DNA from: Squalus acanthias
Lineage: Eukaryota
NCBI GenBank assembly: GCA_030390025.1
Contig: CM059432.1
Span: forward strand, 76,820,001 to 76,884,000
Length of the DNA stretch: 64,000 nt
Direction of reading: 5' to 3'
A program made the translations under genes and the position numbers. This document shows, in pieces, positions 1 to 12,782 of this stretch. Under the pieces are notes generated by a model. The model saw only the letters and a list, made by a program, of their open reading frames with translations. It ran no database searches and was not told where the DNA came from. Numbering within the stretch: position 1 is the first letter of the stretch; the number at the start of each line of letters is the position of its first letter.

Positions 1-386
1 ATAGGGGAGGGGGGTTTTATTAAGGATAATTATAATGTGTGTCCCCTTTTTCGATGTGTCGTGCGCTCCTCGTTTCCCTAAACCTAGTTTAATAAATGTA
101 TGTAAGCTTGTACTGTCATTAATCTGTGCTTATGACATGTATTTCGTAATTCTGAACAATATGCAATAAAGATTTCCATTTCGTACTATTCAACCGGCTC
201 TATCTGAGTTTTTCTCTGCATTACTGCTCTCGCACCTAAGTCCAGTGTTAGAACCGTAAGGGCGAGTGGGTCGAACCACTCACAGGTGCTTATTGCAACA
301 AGGCTGGCCGGAGACCAGAGCAAGCAATAGTATTAGGCAACGAAGGCCTAACCTCGCACAAGCACCCTGAACCGTAACCCCTTACA
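1..386 (+). mobile_element. Probable 3' part of an LTR (5' part outside the window)
   Basis: Two AATAAA (about 91 and 165) followed by a U5-like stretch ending ...CCCCTTACA, similar to the TCTTACA end of the proviral LTR. No TSD can be checked. Confidence 0.4.
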
Positions 387-3159
387 GTATCTCACTTTTT
401 GATTTTCCGCAGAAACTCCTTGTGGAGAAGTTCCCAAGGTGGAAAGGCTCCCCTCCAAGTCACACACCACCCGCATTGGAAATATATCACCGTTCCTTCA
501 TTGTCTAGGGGTCAAAATCCTGGAACTCCCTAACTAACAACACATTTCAAGAAGGTGGCTCACCACCACTTTCTCAACGGCAATTAAGTATGGGCAATAA
601 ATGCAGGCGCAAATAGCCATGTGGGAATATGTTCTAGTGGTGATAACTGAGACCTGGTTCAAAAAAGGGGAGGATTGGATGCTTAATATTCCTGGGTAAA
701 AGGTATTCAGGAAAGATAGGGAAGGGAAAAAAGGAGGAGGGGTAGCAATTTTGATTAAGGAAAATATTACAGTGCTAGAAAGAGAGAATGTCCTTGAAGG
801 ATCAAAGACAGAATCTATTTGGTTGGAGCTGAGAAACAATAGAGGAGCTATTACACTACTTGGTGTATTTTATAGACCACCAAATAGTGGGAAGGAGACT
901 GAGGAGCAGATTTGCAAAGAAATTACCGAGAGGTGCAAGAACTATAGATTAGTGATAATGGGAGACTTTAACTACCCCAATATTGAATGGGGCAGTGATT
1001 GTGTTAAGAGCAGAGAAGGGGAGGGATTTCTGAAGTGTGTTCAGGAGAATTTTCTTGATCAGTATGTTTCCTGCCCAAAGAGGAAGGAGGCACTGCTGGA
1101 TCTAGTCCTGGAGAATTAAATGGGTCAAGTGGAGAATGTCATAGTTGGAGAGCATCTTGGGAATAGTGATCTTAGTATCATAATGTTTAGATTAGTTATG
1201 GAGAAGGACAAGGAGCAATCTAGAATAAGAGTACTTAACTGGAGAAGGGCTAATTTCAGAGAATTGAGGAGTGATCTAGCCCGGGGAAATTGGAGTCAAT
1301 GACTGGCAGGCAGAAATGTAATGGAGCAATGGGTGGCCTTTAAAGAGGAGATGGTTCGGGTACAGTCTAGGTACATTCCTACAAAGGGGGAAAGGGAGGG
1401 CAACTAAAGCCAGAGCTCCCTGGATGTCGAAGCAGTAGGATGAAGCAGAAAAAGTGGGCTTATGACAGATGTCAGCTTAATAATACAAGGGAGAATCAGG
1501 CTGAATATAAAAAGTACAGAGGAGAAGTGAAAAAGGAATTAAGGGGGCAAAGAGACAGTACGGGAATAGATTGGCGGCTAACATAAAAGGGAATCCAAAG
1601 GTCTTCTATAGGCATATTAACAGTAAAAGGGTTGTCAGAGGAGTGGTGGGGTCAATTAGGGACTAAAATGGAGAACTATTGGTGGAGGCAGAGGGCATGG
1701 CTGAGGTAATAAATGAGTACTTTGCATCGGTGTTTACCAGGAAGAGGACATTGCTAAAGCTATGGTAAACTAGGAGGTTGCTAGGATACTGGATGAGATA
1801 AAGTAGATAAAGAGGAGGTACTCGAAAGGCTGGCAGTAATTAAAGTGGATAAGTCACCTGCTCCAGATGGGATGCAGCCTAGGTTGCTGAGGGAAGTAAG
1901 GGTAGAAATTGCGGAGGTGCTGGTCACAATCTTGCAATCTTCCTTAGATACAGGGGTGGTGCCAAAGGACTGGAGGATTGCAAATGTTACACCCTTGTTC
2001 AAAAAAGGGGAGAAGGATAAACCTGGAAATTACAGGCCAGTCAGTTTAACGTCAGTGGTGAGGAAGCTTTTAGAAACAATAATCTGGGAGAAAATTAACA
2101 GCCACTTTGACAAGCATGGACTAATAAAGTAGAGCCAACACAGACTTGTTAAGGGCAAATTGTCTTTGACTAACTTGACTGAGTTTTTTGATGAGGTAAC
2201 AGAGAGGGTGGGTGAGGGCAGTGCAGTTGATGTTGTGTATATGGACTTTCAAAAGGCTTTTGATAAAGTACTACATATTAGGCTTGTTAGCAAATTGAAG
2301 CCCATGGCATAAAAGGGGCAGTAGCAGCATGGATACAAAATTGTTGAAGGGATAGAAAACAGAGAGTTGTGGTGAATGGCTGTTATTCAGACTGGAGGAA
2401 GGTATACAGTGGCGTTACCCAAGGTTCAATACTAGGACCACTGCTGTTTTTGATATACATTAATGACTTGGACTTGGGGGTACGGGGCACAATTTCAAAA
2501 TTTGCAGATGACACAAAACTTGGAAGTGCAGTAAACAGTGAGGAAGATCGTAATAGACTTCAAGAGACATAGACAGGCTGGTGGAATGGGCAGACCCATG
2601 GCAGATGAAAGTCAATGCAGAGAAGTGTGACGTAATACATTTTGGCATGAAGAATGAGGAAAGACCATACATACTAAATGGTACAATTCTAAAGGGGGTA
2701 CAAGAACAGGGAGACCCAGGGGCGTTTGTGCACAAATCTTTGAAGGTGCCAGGACAGGTTAACAAAGCAGTTAATAAAGCAGATGGGATCCTGGGCTTTA
2801 TAAATAGAGGCATAGAGTACAAAAGCTAAAGCTACGTAAAACACTAATTCGACCCCAGCTGGAGTATTGTGTCCAATTCTGGGCACCACACTTTAGGAAG
2901 GACGTGAAAGCTTTGGAGAGGGTACAGAAGAGATTTACTGGAATGGTTCCAGGAATGAGGGATTAGAGTTATGTGGATAGACTGGAGAAGCTAGGGTTGT
3001 TCTTCTTAGAGCAGGGAAGGCTAAGAGGAGATTTGATAGAGGTGTTTAAAATCATAACAGGTTTAGATGGAGTAAATAAAGAGAAACTGTTTCCAATGGC
3101 TGAAGGGTGGATAACCAGAGGACACAGATTTAAGGTGGATTCGCAAAAAAAACAGAGGT

Positions 3160-5106
3160 TGTGAAGGAATATACTATGGGCCAGAAATTCGGCTGTTGTC
3201 GGGTGAGTACACGCTGTGTACTCACCCGTAAGGCCACCTGAAGTGCTGGTTTCCTGCATGCACTGCGCATGCGCGGGAAACCGGAACTTCCGTTCCCCTG
3301 AAGGGAGGGGTTCAGAAGTCAAACGCGTGCACGGGAGAGGCTGCGCGCACGCAGCGAACTTCGGGGTTTTTTTTCAGGTTTCTCCGGGAAGGTAAGTATG
3401 AAAAAGCTGCACTTTTAAAAAGGAGGCGCAAGGCCTGTTTTTAACAAGGTAAGTGGTTAATTAATTACAATTTAAAAAATTTTCAACAGGTTTATCTTTT
3501 TTAGATACTTTAAAGAAAGGTAAGTTTATTTTTAGCACCGTTAAAAAGTATAATTAATCTTTTCAAAAATTTAAATTTTTGTTTTAAGTAGTTAATTTAT
3601 TTAACTTATAGTTATTTTAAAAATGTGATTTAAAAAAAATAATTTGAAGTTTAAGTGTGGTTTTGGGGCCGATCTTCCTGTCAAATCTATGAATGAAAAT
3701 GCCCTGCTAGGACTGGCTCTCCATGGCCCATGTGATCCCAGGGGATGCTTCGAACTAACTGCGCCCCAGGGATACACAAGCACTGTGCGCCGGCAGCTGC
3801 AGGAGGCCCAGGACCCGAAGTCCTCGTGGGCCCAAAGCACAACTGCAGGCGCGGTAGGCACGTACGCGTGCAATGCTTGCACCCGCAGGAAGCCTGAAAG
3901 CTGAATTTCTGGCCCAATATAACCTTTTTAGAAAACCATACTATATAGCCTTTTTAGAAAAATACACTATCTTATGAAAGAATTCTGGCCTTGTGAGATA
4001 AGACAGTGGTTGACCCTGAAAAGTAACTTATAAGGAACTCTACCTTATAAATTCTTTAAAACATGACAAACTGGGTTTGGAAATTTAGAAACCTAACTAT
4101 GAAATAGCTATGAAAGAATTCTGGCTATTGAAACAGGACAAGTTTTGACCCTGAATAAATAACCTGTTTGAAACAGAAGAATGGGATGGCTCCGAGTAAC
4201 TGACCTTTTGGGAACAACACAATAGTCAACCCTGAATAAGTGATTTCAATTGAACTTTGTAAAGATGACACATAAAATAAGGGACACCTGCCTTTCACAC
4301 CTTTTTATATGGTGAACCCAGAACACCTGGAGATGCGGCAGATTCTGGAATATTACAAGCTGATGTGGTAGTAAAGAATTGCAGAGGTCAGCAGAAAGAT
4401 GAATAGTGATAATTAACTTGCATCAGCAGAAACCTTAAAGGAAATACAACTGAAAAAGGGTATAAATATTGAAGTCTCAAATGAGATAGCAGAGTCGCTT
4501 TAATCGGGCAAGGCGATTCTCGACTACAGAGGCAGCTCTGTGGTCTTCCACTCTTTGTACCTCGGGGATCAAAGGTATTTTGATATTGATGGATATCCTG
4601 TATAGAAAACTTTAAGAACTGTAATACTGTAGCAAAGTTAAGATTTAAAAGTAAGATTCACTGTTAAAAAGATCGTATTTTTTCTCTTTTTAGAACTGTT
4701 AATGTTGCGATTGACTGATTCACCAACTGTAAATTGCATGTCGGTTCTTTTAATAAATCTCTATATAGTTTTAGAATTGTCTCACATAAGTCTTCTGTAT
4801 CAATAACTCGCGAACTCAATCTCTGTACACTCTTTGGTGAAGAGTTACATTTCTGAAGGAGATGTCCGGACCATCATAATATTTGGGACGTTACAGTCTG
4901 GCTAAACTTATTAAAAGCGCTATCTAGAGGACGGTAACATTCTCGGGTTGTTCCTTTCCTTTAGGGAGAGATAGCCCGGACCTTTAGACCCAGTTAAGCG
5001 CCTTTAGGATTCAGCTACCTCAAACTTTAGTTGAAAGTGAATATCTGAGAAATACGCCTGATCCGGGATAGCCCCAAAGCGGCTAGGACTAGTAATTATC
5101 CTTTCA
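3160..5106 (+). mobile_element. Solo LTR (about 1.2 kb without its MITE insertion)
   Basis: TG...CA termini, 4-bp TSD AGGT (3156-3159 / 5107-5110), TATAAATA at 4461, AATAAA at 4752. A homologous copy lies in reverse orientation at 61521-62652. Confidence 0.85.
3178..3915 (+). mobile_element. PIF/Harbinger-type MITE, family 1
   Basis: TIR GGGCCAGAAATTC at both ends, 3-bp flanks TAT/AAT. Absent from the paralogous LTR at about 62630-62645. Confidence 0.85.
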
Positions 5107-5639
5107 AGGTGACATGAGGAAAAACTGTTTTATGCAATGCGTGATTAGGATTTGGAATGCACTGCCTGATAGGGTGGTGGATACAGATTCAATAGTAGCC
5201 TTCAAAAGGGAATTGGATAAATACTTGAAGGAGAAATAATTGCAGGGATATGGGGAAAGAGCGGGGGAGTGGGACTAACTGGATTGCTCTTCGAAACAGC
5301 CGGCACAGACTTGATGGGCCGAATGGCCTCCTTCTGTGTGGTACTATTCTATGATTCTATGATTCTGGCCTTGCCAGCGACACCCACATCCCATGAATGA
5401 ATCAATAAAAAAAAGTCTAAATTTCATGTTAAACAAATCACAACTGACCAGCTAATAAACATAACCATAAATTTACAAATAAAGCAAAGCAAAACAAAAC
5501 CTGAACCATTGTGAGCTCATCTCAGAAGCATCATCCATAACTTAGAATGAATAACCAGCAGCTGTGAAGATATGAGCAAAATAATGACTGCTGTAGGGTA
5601 ATTATCAGTGGTTCTATATTTTTGAAAGTGTATAGCCTA

Positions 5640-5886
5640 AAAATGATTGCTGCTGATATTAAAATAAGGAGAAGTTAGGTAAATTTTTTATGCTGTAGTG
5701 GAAACAGAATGCGTGATAGATTTTAAAAAGGAAATGGATAAACATTTGAAAATGAAATAATAAAAAAGCATAGGAAAAGTGTATGGGGGTCTTGGTGGAA
5801 AAGACTAAGTGGTCAGACCTTTCAGAGAGCCGGCACAGGCATGATAGGCCAAGTCTCCTCCTGTACTGTACAATTCTATGATTCTA
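5640..5886 (+). mobile_element. Old CR1 3' fragment
   Basis: FKKEMDKHL-like coding remnant, GCCGGCACAGGCATGATAGGCC 3' UTR and ATTCTATGATTCTA tail. Confidence 0.7.
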
Positions 5887-6680
5887 AGGCAGTTAATGTC
5901 TGCAGTAAAACAGGATAAGGGGATGTCATGTGAACAGTTCATCTGCTGTTATTTCCAATAGTAATTTCTATTATATTATAAATGAGACCCCTATGTACAA
6001 TTACTGAAGGAAGAGTGTAATTCGTATCAATGAACATGGCTAATAATTTTATAATATAAATGATGCAACATTGTGCATGTTTTTTAAACAACTTACCAGA
6101 TTCAGACAAATTAGTTGCGTCTCCTCCTTGCTTGTAACGTGGAAGCTTTAGGCAACCCTAAATTTGGTAGCTGTCAAGGTGTTGGTGGGGAGTACAGATA
6201 CTTTTGGCAGAAAAACAGAAAATGCTGGAAATACACAGTGAGGGGAATTTAAACCTGGAGGAGCGCGTGAGTTTGGGTGCGGGTGAGGCGTTAAAACCAG
6301 CAAAAATGTCAGTGCATTGAGAAGACGGCTCCAACCCACTGACTTCCGCATTTCACTGGAGCGCGTTTTTCCGCTTGCGCGCAGCCTCCTCAGGAGCGGC
6401 AGGTTGTCTATTAACATATGGTAATCGTTCAATTAGAACAATATTTCAACTGACTTTTAAATTTAACAGTGCATCCACAGGTTTCCTGAAATTCACCAGT
6501 GAAAGCAAGGCGAGAACACAGCGGCAATTGAGGTGGCTGAAACAATCTCATGGAAATACCGCAATAAATACACAGTACTCACAGCTGCTTTCTTACCTGC
6601 TCATGAGAAGAGGTTTGTTCACCGTACTTTTGCTGAGAGATTACTTTCTACACTTTGGAGGTTTTCTCAATCACATCAGG

Positions 6681-7879
6681 ATGGGTGCCTTAGATTGGAT
6701 CTCGGGCAAGGACCAATATGACCACCAGCACCAGCAGTAGCACCAGCACCAGGCTGCTGTTCAGAGACCTGTAGCTGGACAGCAGAGAGGGAGCAACAGA
6801 GAGGGGAGAAGCAGAGGGGTGTAGCTTTCAGGCAGCACTACCCGCGCAACAGGGTGTAATGGCAGAGGCTAAGTTTCCTTGACATGTCTGAACACCAGTG
6901 TCTCAGGAGGCTCAGGTTGTCACATCAGGTGATGGCAGACATCTGCAGCCTTCTGAAAGAAGACCTGCTGCCTGCTGGACCTGGTGGCCACGTGATACCA
7001 GTGGCTGTCAAAGTCACCACCGTCCTCAACTTTTTTGCCTCCAGATCCTTCCAGGGCTCTGCCAGAGACATATCCAGGATCTCCCAGTCGACGGCCCACA
7101 AATGCATAAGACAGGTGACTGATGGCTTGTTTGCCAGGGCCTGCAGTTATGTCAACTTCACCTGCAATGTTGCCAGTCAGAATGAGTGGGCGCTTGGGTT
7201 TGTGGCTCTAGCTGGCTTCCCACAGGTACAGGGCATCATCAACTGCACACACGTGGCAATCCGGGCACCCCCAGATCAACCAGAGTATTCGTCAACCACA
7301 AGGACTTCCATTCCATTAATGTGCAGCTGGTGTGCAGCCACAAAAAGATATTTCTGCAGGTGCACGCCAGATTCCTGGGGAGCTTCCATGATGCTTTCAC
7401 CCTGTGCCAGTCCAAGCTCCCTGACGTCTTCGGACCTGCAAGCAGACTTAAGGGGTGGCTGCTAGGAGACAAGGGATACCCACTTCAAACTTGGCTGCTG
7501 ACACCCGTCAGAAACCCGACCAATGAAGCCCAACAGTGCTACAATGAATGCCATATGACCACCAGATGTGTGATCGAACAAGCTATCGACATGCGGAAGA
7601 TACGCTTCAGGTGCCTAGACAAATCTGGAAGTGCCCTTCAGTACGCACCAACCAGGGTCCCCAGAATGGTCGTGGTGTGCTGTGCTCTGCACAACATTGC
7701 ACAGCAGCGAGGTTTGGACCTGCAGGAGGAACCAAACAAAGAGATCAGATCCACTTTGGATGATTCTGAGGAGTAGGAGGAGGTGGAGGAGGAAGGTAAT
7801 GAGGGCAATGCACCACGAGCTGCTCACATTGCTGCCCAGGATGCCAGGGATGCCCTTATTAATTCAAGGTTCATTTAGG
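6681..7879 (+). pseudogene. Harbinger (HARBI1-like) DDE transposase, disrupted
   Basis: AGFPQVQGIINCTHV (catalytic D changed to N), HSINVQLVC, LLGDKGYPL, IEQAI...RFRCLD, CCALHN. Stops and a frameshift near 7285. Confidence 0.92.
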
Positions 7880-8108
7880 TTGCACCAGTGGACCTACGTC
7901 ACAAGCACATGCAATGGCCACTCTCCCTGCCCCCCAGTAATTCCACTGACAGAAAGCAGTCCTGCAAACAATCAACCACCCCTTGCACATCCCCCAATTG
8001 GTCCCCATCAATTCATGATTTCCCATTCATCATCAAACAACTTAAAAGGCGACTCGCCACCCAGCAACCAAGAATGGGCAAGACGGGAAAGTGATGCATA
8101 AGTATAAT

Positions 8109-8871
8109 GGCCCAGAAATTGGACTTGGAGGCTTGCCGCGGGGGTAAGGATCGCGCGCGATCTTACCTACCGCGCCTGCCTTTATGTTTTGGGCCCACAC
8201 GAACTTCTGGTCCTGGGCCTCTCCCTGGTGCCGGCGTGCAGTGTGTGCGTGTCCCAGAGGCGCAGTTAGTTCGATGCGACCTCTGGGATCACGTGGGACA
8301 TGGAGAGCCAATGGCAGCACACCATCTTTCATTCATAGTTTTGACAGGAGAACTGTCAAAACTATGAATACAAATTGCCCCCAAAAGAACAGCTAAACCT
8401 CAAATAAATTTTAAAAAACCCATCACATTAATAAAATAACTATAGTTAAATAGATTAACCACTTTAAACAAAAATTAAAATTTTTGAAAAAATTTAAATT
8501 CTTTTTAAAAGTTATAAAAATAAACTTACCTTTCTTTAAAGTCTCTAAAAAAGATAAACATGTTGAAAAAAATTTAAAATAATACTTAATTAACTACTTA
8601 CTTTGTTAAAAGGGGGTCTTACGCCTCCTTTCTTCATGTGTAAAATCTTCCATACTTACCCTCGCGTTCCAACCTGAAAAAAAACCTAAGTGCGCTGCGT
8701 GCGCACAGCCCGTAGTACGCACGCGGTTCACTTAGGAACCGCCCCCTTAGCAATACCGGAAGTGCCGGTTTCCCGCGCATGCGCTGTGCATGCAGGAAAC
8801 CGACACTTCGGGACCGAATACGCGAGAGTACACAGTGCATACTCTCCCGTATTCAGCCGAATTTTTGGGCC
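8109..8871 (-). mobile_element. Harbinger-type MITE, family 1 (reverse orientation to 3178-3915)
   Basis: TIR GGCCCA(G/A)AAATT, perfect TSD AAT, extensive reverse-complement similarity to 3178-3915. Confidence 0.88.
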
Positions 8872-8917
8872 AATATTTATTTGCTTTAACTAAACAACAG
8901 AAATTTAGCAACATAAC

Positions 8918-9682
8918 GGCCCAGATTTTGCGTTGGTAATGATGTCGAAACTGTCAGCGTTCACTGTCATTACTCCTCTGAAAGTGACAGCAACTTCTGG
9001 AGTCAGCACATGCACAGATAAATGCAGAAATCCAAAAGTTGTTGTCAGTGATTCTACGCTTCTCCACAGGTTGCGCTGTGGAACTCCCCAGAGCTGACAA
9101 TCAATTCAAATCACACTGAAATGTAGTTCCTGACAATAGCTTCCCCTGTTATGCTGGAATATCGCTGTTAAAAAAAAAAACTTAAGCCTTGTTGAAAGAG
9201 GTGTAACTGGGTTTTTAACAGTGTATTGACTGCTGAACAACCATTCTGGCCCTTAAAAACTAATTTTATATTTGTGTAATGTCAAATGTTTCCATTAATA
9301 TGATAGCAATGGCATTGTTTATAGTAGAATAATTTTTTTTAAGTTTGTTTATGGTATTTCAGCTTCTACCTTAGTCCTATGTGTATGTCCCAATCTTTAT
9401 TTCGCTCTCTGTAAAATTTATAATAAAAAATAAATTATAATCTTTGCGTTTTACTTCCTGGTTTGCTGTCTATGAGAATGCTTCAATGTGATTGGCCGCT
9501 TAGCCTGCTTGATGGCATCACTGTTGCTGGACGCTGGAGATCCACTTGATTTGACACCAAATTCAAACTAACGTCATGAGAGGTGAAATTCACACCACAG
9601 AGTTTGCTAAATATTTGTGGACAGCTTTCCTCGAGGTCAGCGGCGAGCACGCTGCTTCGCCACTGACCATAAATTCCGGGCC
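8918..9682. mobile_element. Harbinger-type MITE, family 2
   Basis: Ends GGCCCAGATTTT / AAATTCCGGGCC, flanks AAC/AAT. Shares the CAGCAACTTC...GAAGTTGCTG-type hairpin with 13461-13797. Confidence 0.75.
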
Positions 9683-9729
9683 AATATGATATCATACACC
9701 CATGTACATACCCTTGTGCAACTACAAAG

Positions 9730-11863
9730 CCTTACTCATTCCTTTCCTACTACTCCTATGTGGTGCAACCCCTGTGGCTTGAGCAGAGGTAGAGGCAGAC
9801 TGCTCAAATCCCTGCTCTGACTGCTCAGATGCTCTTGGCCAACGACCTCCAGGTTTTGGAGCCCGCGAGGGCCCCGTCAAAGACTGCACCACCTGCAGCT
9901 GTGCAGGGGCAGACTCTGCCATTGGGAGATGAGGCAGCATGTGGGATACTGACTGAGGGGAGCAACATGTGAGAAGTGGAAGGAGTTTGAGTGGAGTCCC
10001 CACTTCCATCTTCTCTTTCGCTATCATCCCTCTCATGGCCCAGCCGCATTTCACCGCCACCACTGTAGTGGAAAGCACATTGGTGCAGGTCAGCGCGGCA
10101 CAGTACGGCCAAGGCTAAAGTATCTGTCATCCTATTTAAGGTTGCAGACATCATGTCATGCAGAGTCTACACGGCTGTGGTCAAGGCATGTATGGACTCA
10201 TTTGATTGGAGCATATGACGGTCCATGGCACTGACCACTCTATCCATGGAAGAAGACGTCATCTCAGTGGCTTGTGATAGCACCCCCCTCATGCTTGAGG
10301 TGGACTCCTCCAATCTCTCTGCAATCGTGGTGAGTCCATTTTGACAGCCTGTCAATGCATCGCACATTGTCTGCTGCTGCTCAATGATTCTCCTCTTTAT
10401 CGACAGCTCCCGGGGTACAGCATCTGTGTCCAGCTGAGCAGAGCTTGGAGAGGGCTGCACCCTCCAACGCAGACTCTCAACTGCTGTCTCTGCCAACACC
10501 ATCTGCTATTGCTCACTTGTGAAGTGTGAAGTGTGAGTCACCAGATGAAAACCCAACTATGTGTCTAACCGGTCCCACCGAAATCGTCGTTAGCGACCTC
10601 CACTGACTCCTGCTGCATGCATGAAGGCCCTGTCAGAGATAAAAGACATGAATTAGTCCTGGCAAGGTAAAAATGTTGCAACTTATCATTATGAAGATGA
10701 TCATATTTGACTCACTGTTGAAATCAGGTCAACATGACTGAGTGCCATATGACACGTGGGTCACTAATATTTAATTGTGTCGCCAGGTAGCTGGGAGCTG
10801 CCTATCTCCCCATCTCCAACGGCCAGGGATGTCGAAACTCCGCTGATCGCCAGCACCTCCTCCTCTGTGCTTGTTAGCTGACAAATGTGTGGAACATAAG
10901 AAAATAAGAAATAGGAGCAGGAATAGGCCATTTGGCCCCTGCAGCCTGCTCCGCCATTCAATAAGATCATGGCTGATCTTGGGCTCAAAGCCACTTCCCT
11001 GCCCGTTCCCCATAACCCTTCACTCCCTTATCTTGTAAAAATCTGTCTATCTCCACCTTAAATGTATTTAATGACCCAGCCTCCACGGCTCTCTGGGGCA
11101 GAGAATTCCACAGATTTATGACCCTCTGAGAGAAGAAATTCCTCCTCATCTCAGTTCTAAAAGGGCGACCCTTTATTCTGAAACTATGCTCCCGAGTTCT
11201 AGATTTCCCCACGAGGTGAAACATCCTCTCTGCATCTACCTTGTCGAGCCCCCTCAGTATCTTATATGTTTCAGTGGAGACCCACCTCTGGTTCTCTCCC
11301 TCTCCCTCGTGTTCTGTGCTCTCTTCTCCTGCAGTGAGGGAAAGAACAGACCTATGCATGAGTGTAATGGCATGTATGGATGGAGTGCATTTGGTGAGCT
11401 TGAATATAAGGGAGTGGCATTAAATTGCATAAGGATGAGGGTGAGTGGCGGTGGTGGATGGATAGATGGGGATCTGAGGAAGTGCATAGAAAGAGAAGGA
11501 TGGGTGGGCATGCAAGGTAAGTGGGTGTGAGGAGTGATGTAATGGAGTAGGCTTGACAAGGCAGCGTGAGGGGGCGGGATGTTGTGCATAGCAGGATGTA
11601 GGTGAATGTGCAACTATACTCACTTTTCCTGACCTGGTTAGATTATTAAATCGCTTCCTGCTCTGAATTCAGGAGCATGGCTCTACGCTTCTGCTGATCA
11701 CCTCCTGGGCCACCTCCAAACACACCTTCTTCGTGGCAGCAGCAGGAATCTTCCTCCCATTGCTGGGAAAGATTATCTCTCTGCTGGTCCTCACAGCCCC
11801 CAGCAGTACATCAAGGGAGGCATCATTGAGACACGGTGCAGCCTTTGCCCGTCTCCCATCCAT
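9730..11863 (-). pseudogene. Harbinger Myb/SANT-like DNA-binding protein gene, about 3 exons, disrupted
   Basis: Exon 1 MDGRRAKAAPCLNDASLDVLLGAV...QSRKRFNNL with a GTGAGT donor at 11623. Exon 2 EKRAQNTRE...LTSTEEEVL. Coiled-coil-like exon 3. Confidence 0.85.
10894..11273 (-). mobile_element. 5'-truncated CR1 (380 bp) inserted in Myb exon 2
   Basis: ETYKILRGLD...FFSQRVINLWNSLP, (TTCTTATG)n-type tail, candidate TSD GTGGA. Confidence 0.92.
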
Positions 11864-12232
11864 TACTTAACTTCCTTTTCCTTTTTTGCAAACTCCAACT
11901 CCTCCAAATTTCATCTTTGGATTGTCCTTTTAAGGATTGGAGTTGAGATCGTGTCATGCGGGTCCCCATCACGCCCGCTGCCACGCATTAGATGGCAAAC
12001 CCGAAAGCAAAATGCTAATAAATTGGCTGAGTTAAAAAGTCACTGACAGAGGCACTGAATTTACTTCCAGGTTTCCCGCGCGATATCGGGCCAGCCCACG
12101 CCCCCCCGCCCCCCCACTCCCAATGCGTCTCCGAGTAAGTATCGGGGCCAGAATGTCTATCAGCATCAGAAAGAGAAAAATGGGTTAATGTTGCAAGTGG
12201 AGATATTGCATCAGACTAACAGTAGTCAGGGG

Positions 12233-12423
12233 CAATGTTCCCTCTAACTTTTTTTGGCCCGTACGGCCCCTTTAAAGGGCTGCGTGGGCCATTCAAGATT
12301 CCGTGCATGCGCGGTTTTTCTATTTAAAAGCCAGCTCACCAGCTGTGCGGGACCTGCAGAGTGCTGCGCGGCCTGATTGGTCAGGAGACCCCCTTTACAC
12401 AACCAATGAAAATAAAGAGGGAA
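12233..12423. mobile_element. Possible hAT-type MITE with a damaged right end
   Basis: Left end CAATGTTCCCTCTAA resembles the TIR of 46979-47126. Partial inverse AGAGGGAA near 12416-12423. Confidence 0.4.
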
Positions 12424-12432
12424 GGGCAATCA

Positions 12433-12782
12433 TTTTTTTTTATTTGTTCCTGGGATGTGGGCGTCTCTGGCAAGGCCAGCATTTATTGCCCATCCCTAAT
12501 TGCCCTTGAGAAGGTGGTGGTGAGCCGTCTTCTTGAACCGTTGCCATCCGTGAGGTGAAGGTACTCCCACAGTGCTGTTAGGGAGGAAGTTCCTGGATTT
12601 TGACCCAGTGACGACAAAGGATCGGCGATATATTTCCAAGTTAGGATGTTGTGTGACTTGGAGGGGAACTTGGAGGTGGTGGTGTTCCCATGCTCCTGCT
12701 GCCCTTGTCCTTCTAGGTGGTAGAGGTCGCGGGTTTGGGAGTTGCTGCCGAAGAAGCCTTGGCGAGTTGCTACAGTGCATCT
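12433..12782 (-). mobile_element. 3' fragment of the divergent CR1-group LINE
   Basis: MHCSNSPRLLRQQLPNPRPLPP...HHHLLKGN plus A-tail. Close match to 62660-63000. Confidence 0.85.

Larger units (their letters stand above)
605..5364 (+). mobile_element. Degraded CR1 LINE ORF2 (APE endonuclease + RT), interrupted by a solo LTR at 3160-5106
   Basis: Motifs ITETW, GVFYRPP, MGDFN, GNYRPVSLTS, QGSILGP, KFADDTKL, with many stops and frameshifts. The 3' part resumes at 5107 and ends in an (ATTCTATG)n tail. Confidence 0.95.
448..5414 (+). mobile_element. 3' end of a divergent CR1-group LINE (the 'HHHLLKGN' family), split into about 448-604 and 5365-5414 by a younger CR1
   Basis: Same sequence as the minus-strand copies at 12433-12782 and 62660-64000. 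GGGCAATAAATGC at about 592-604 continues as TGGCCTTGCCAGCGAC...poly(A) at 5366-5414. Confidence 0.75.
6239..12149. mobile_element. PIF/Harbinger transposon A (convergent transposase and Myb/SANT genes) carrying two MITEs and a CR1 fragment
   Basis: Borders are set by the interrupted Penelope-like terminal repeat (AAAACAGAAAATGCTGGAAATACACAG at about 6212-6238, resuming at about 12150). TIRs are degenerate and the TSD is ambiguous by about 1 nt. Confidence 0.75.

Noticed and set aside
6097..6157. Minus-strand 61-nt host exon (AG...CTG|GTAAGT, GCLKLPRYKQGGDATNLSES)
   Set aside because: Good donor, but weak acceptor, no recognisable peptide and no partner exons. Unsupported without transcript data.
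6681..7879. Host HARBI1 gene (likewise 14328-15508 and 57948-59105)
   Set aside because: All three lie inside transposon structures opposite a Myb gene and carry stops or frameshifts. They are TE copies, not the domesticated gene.
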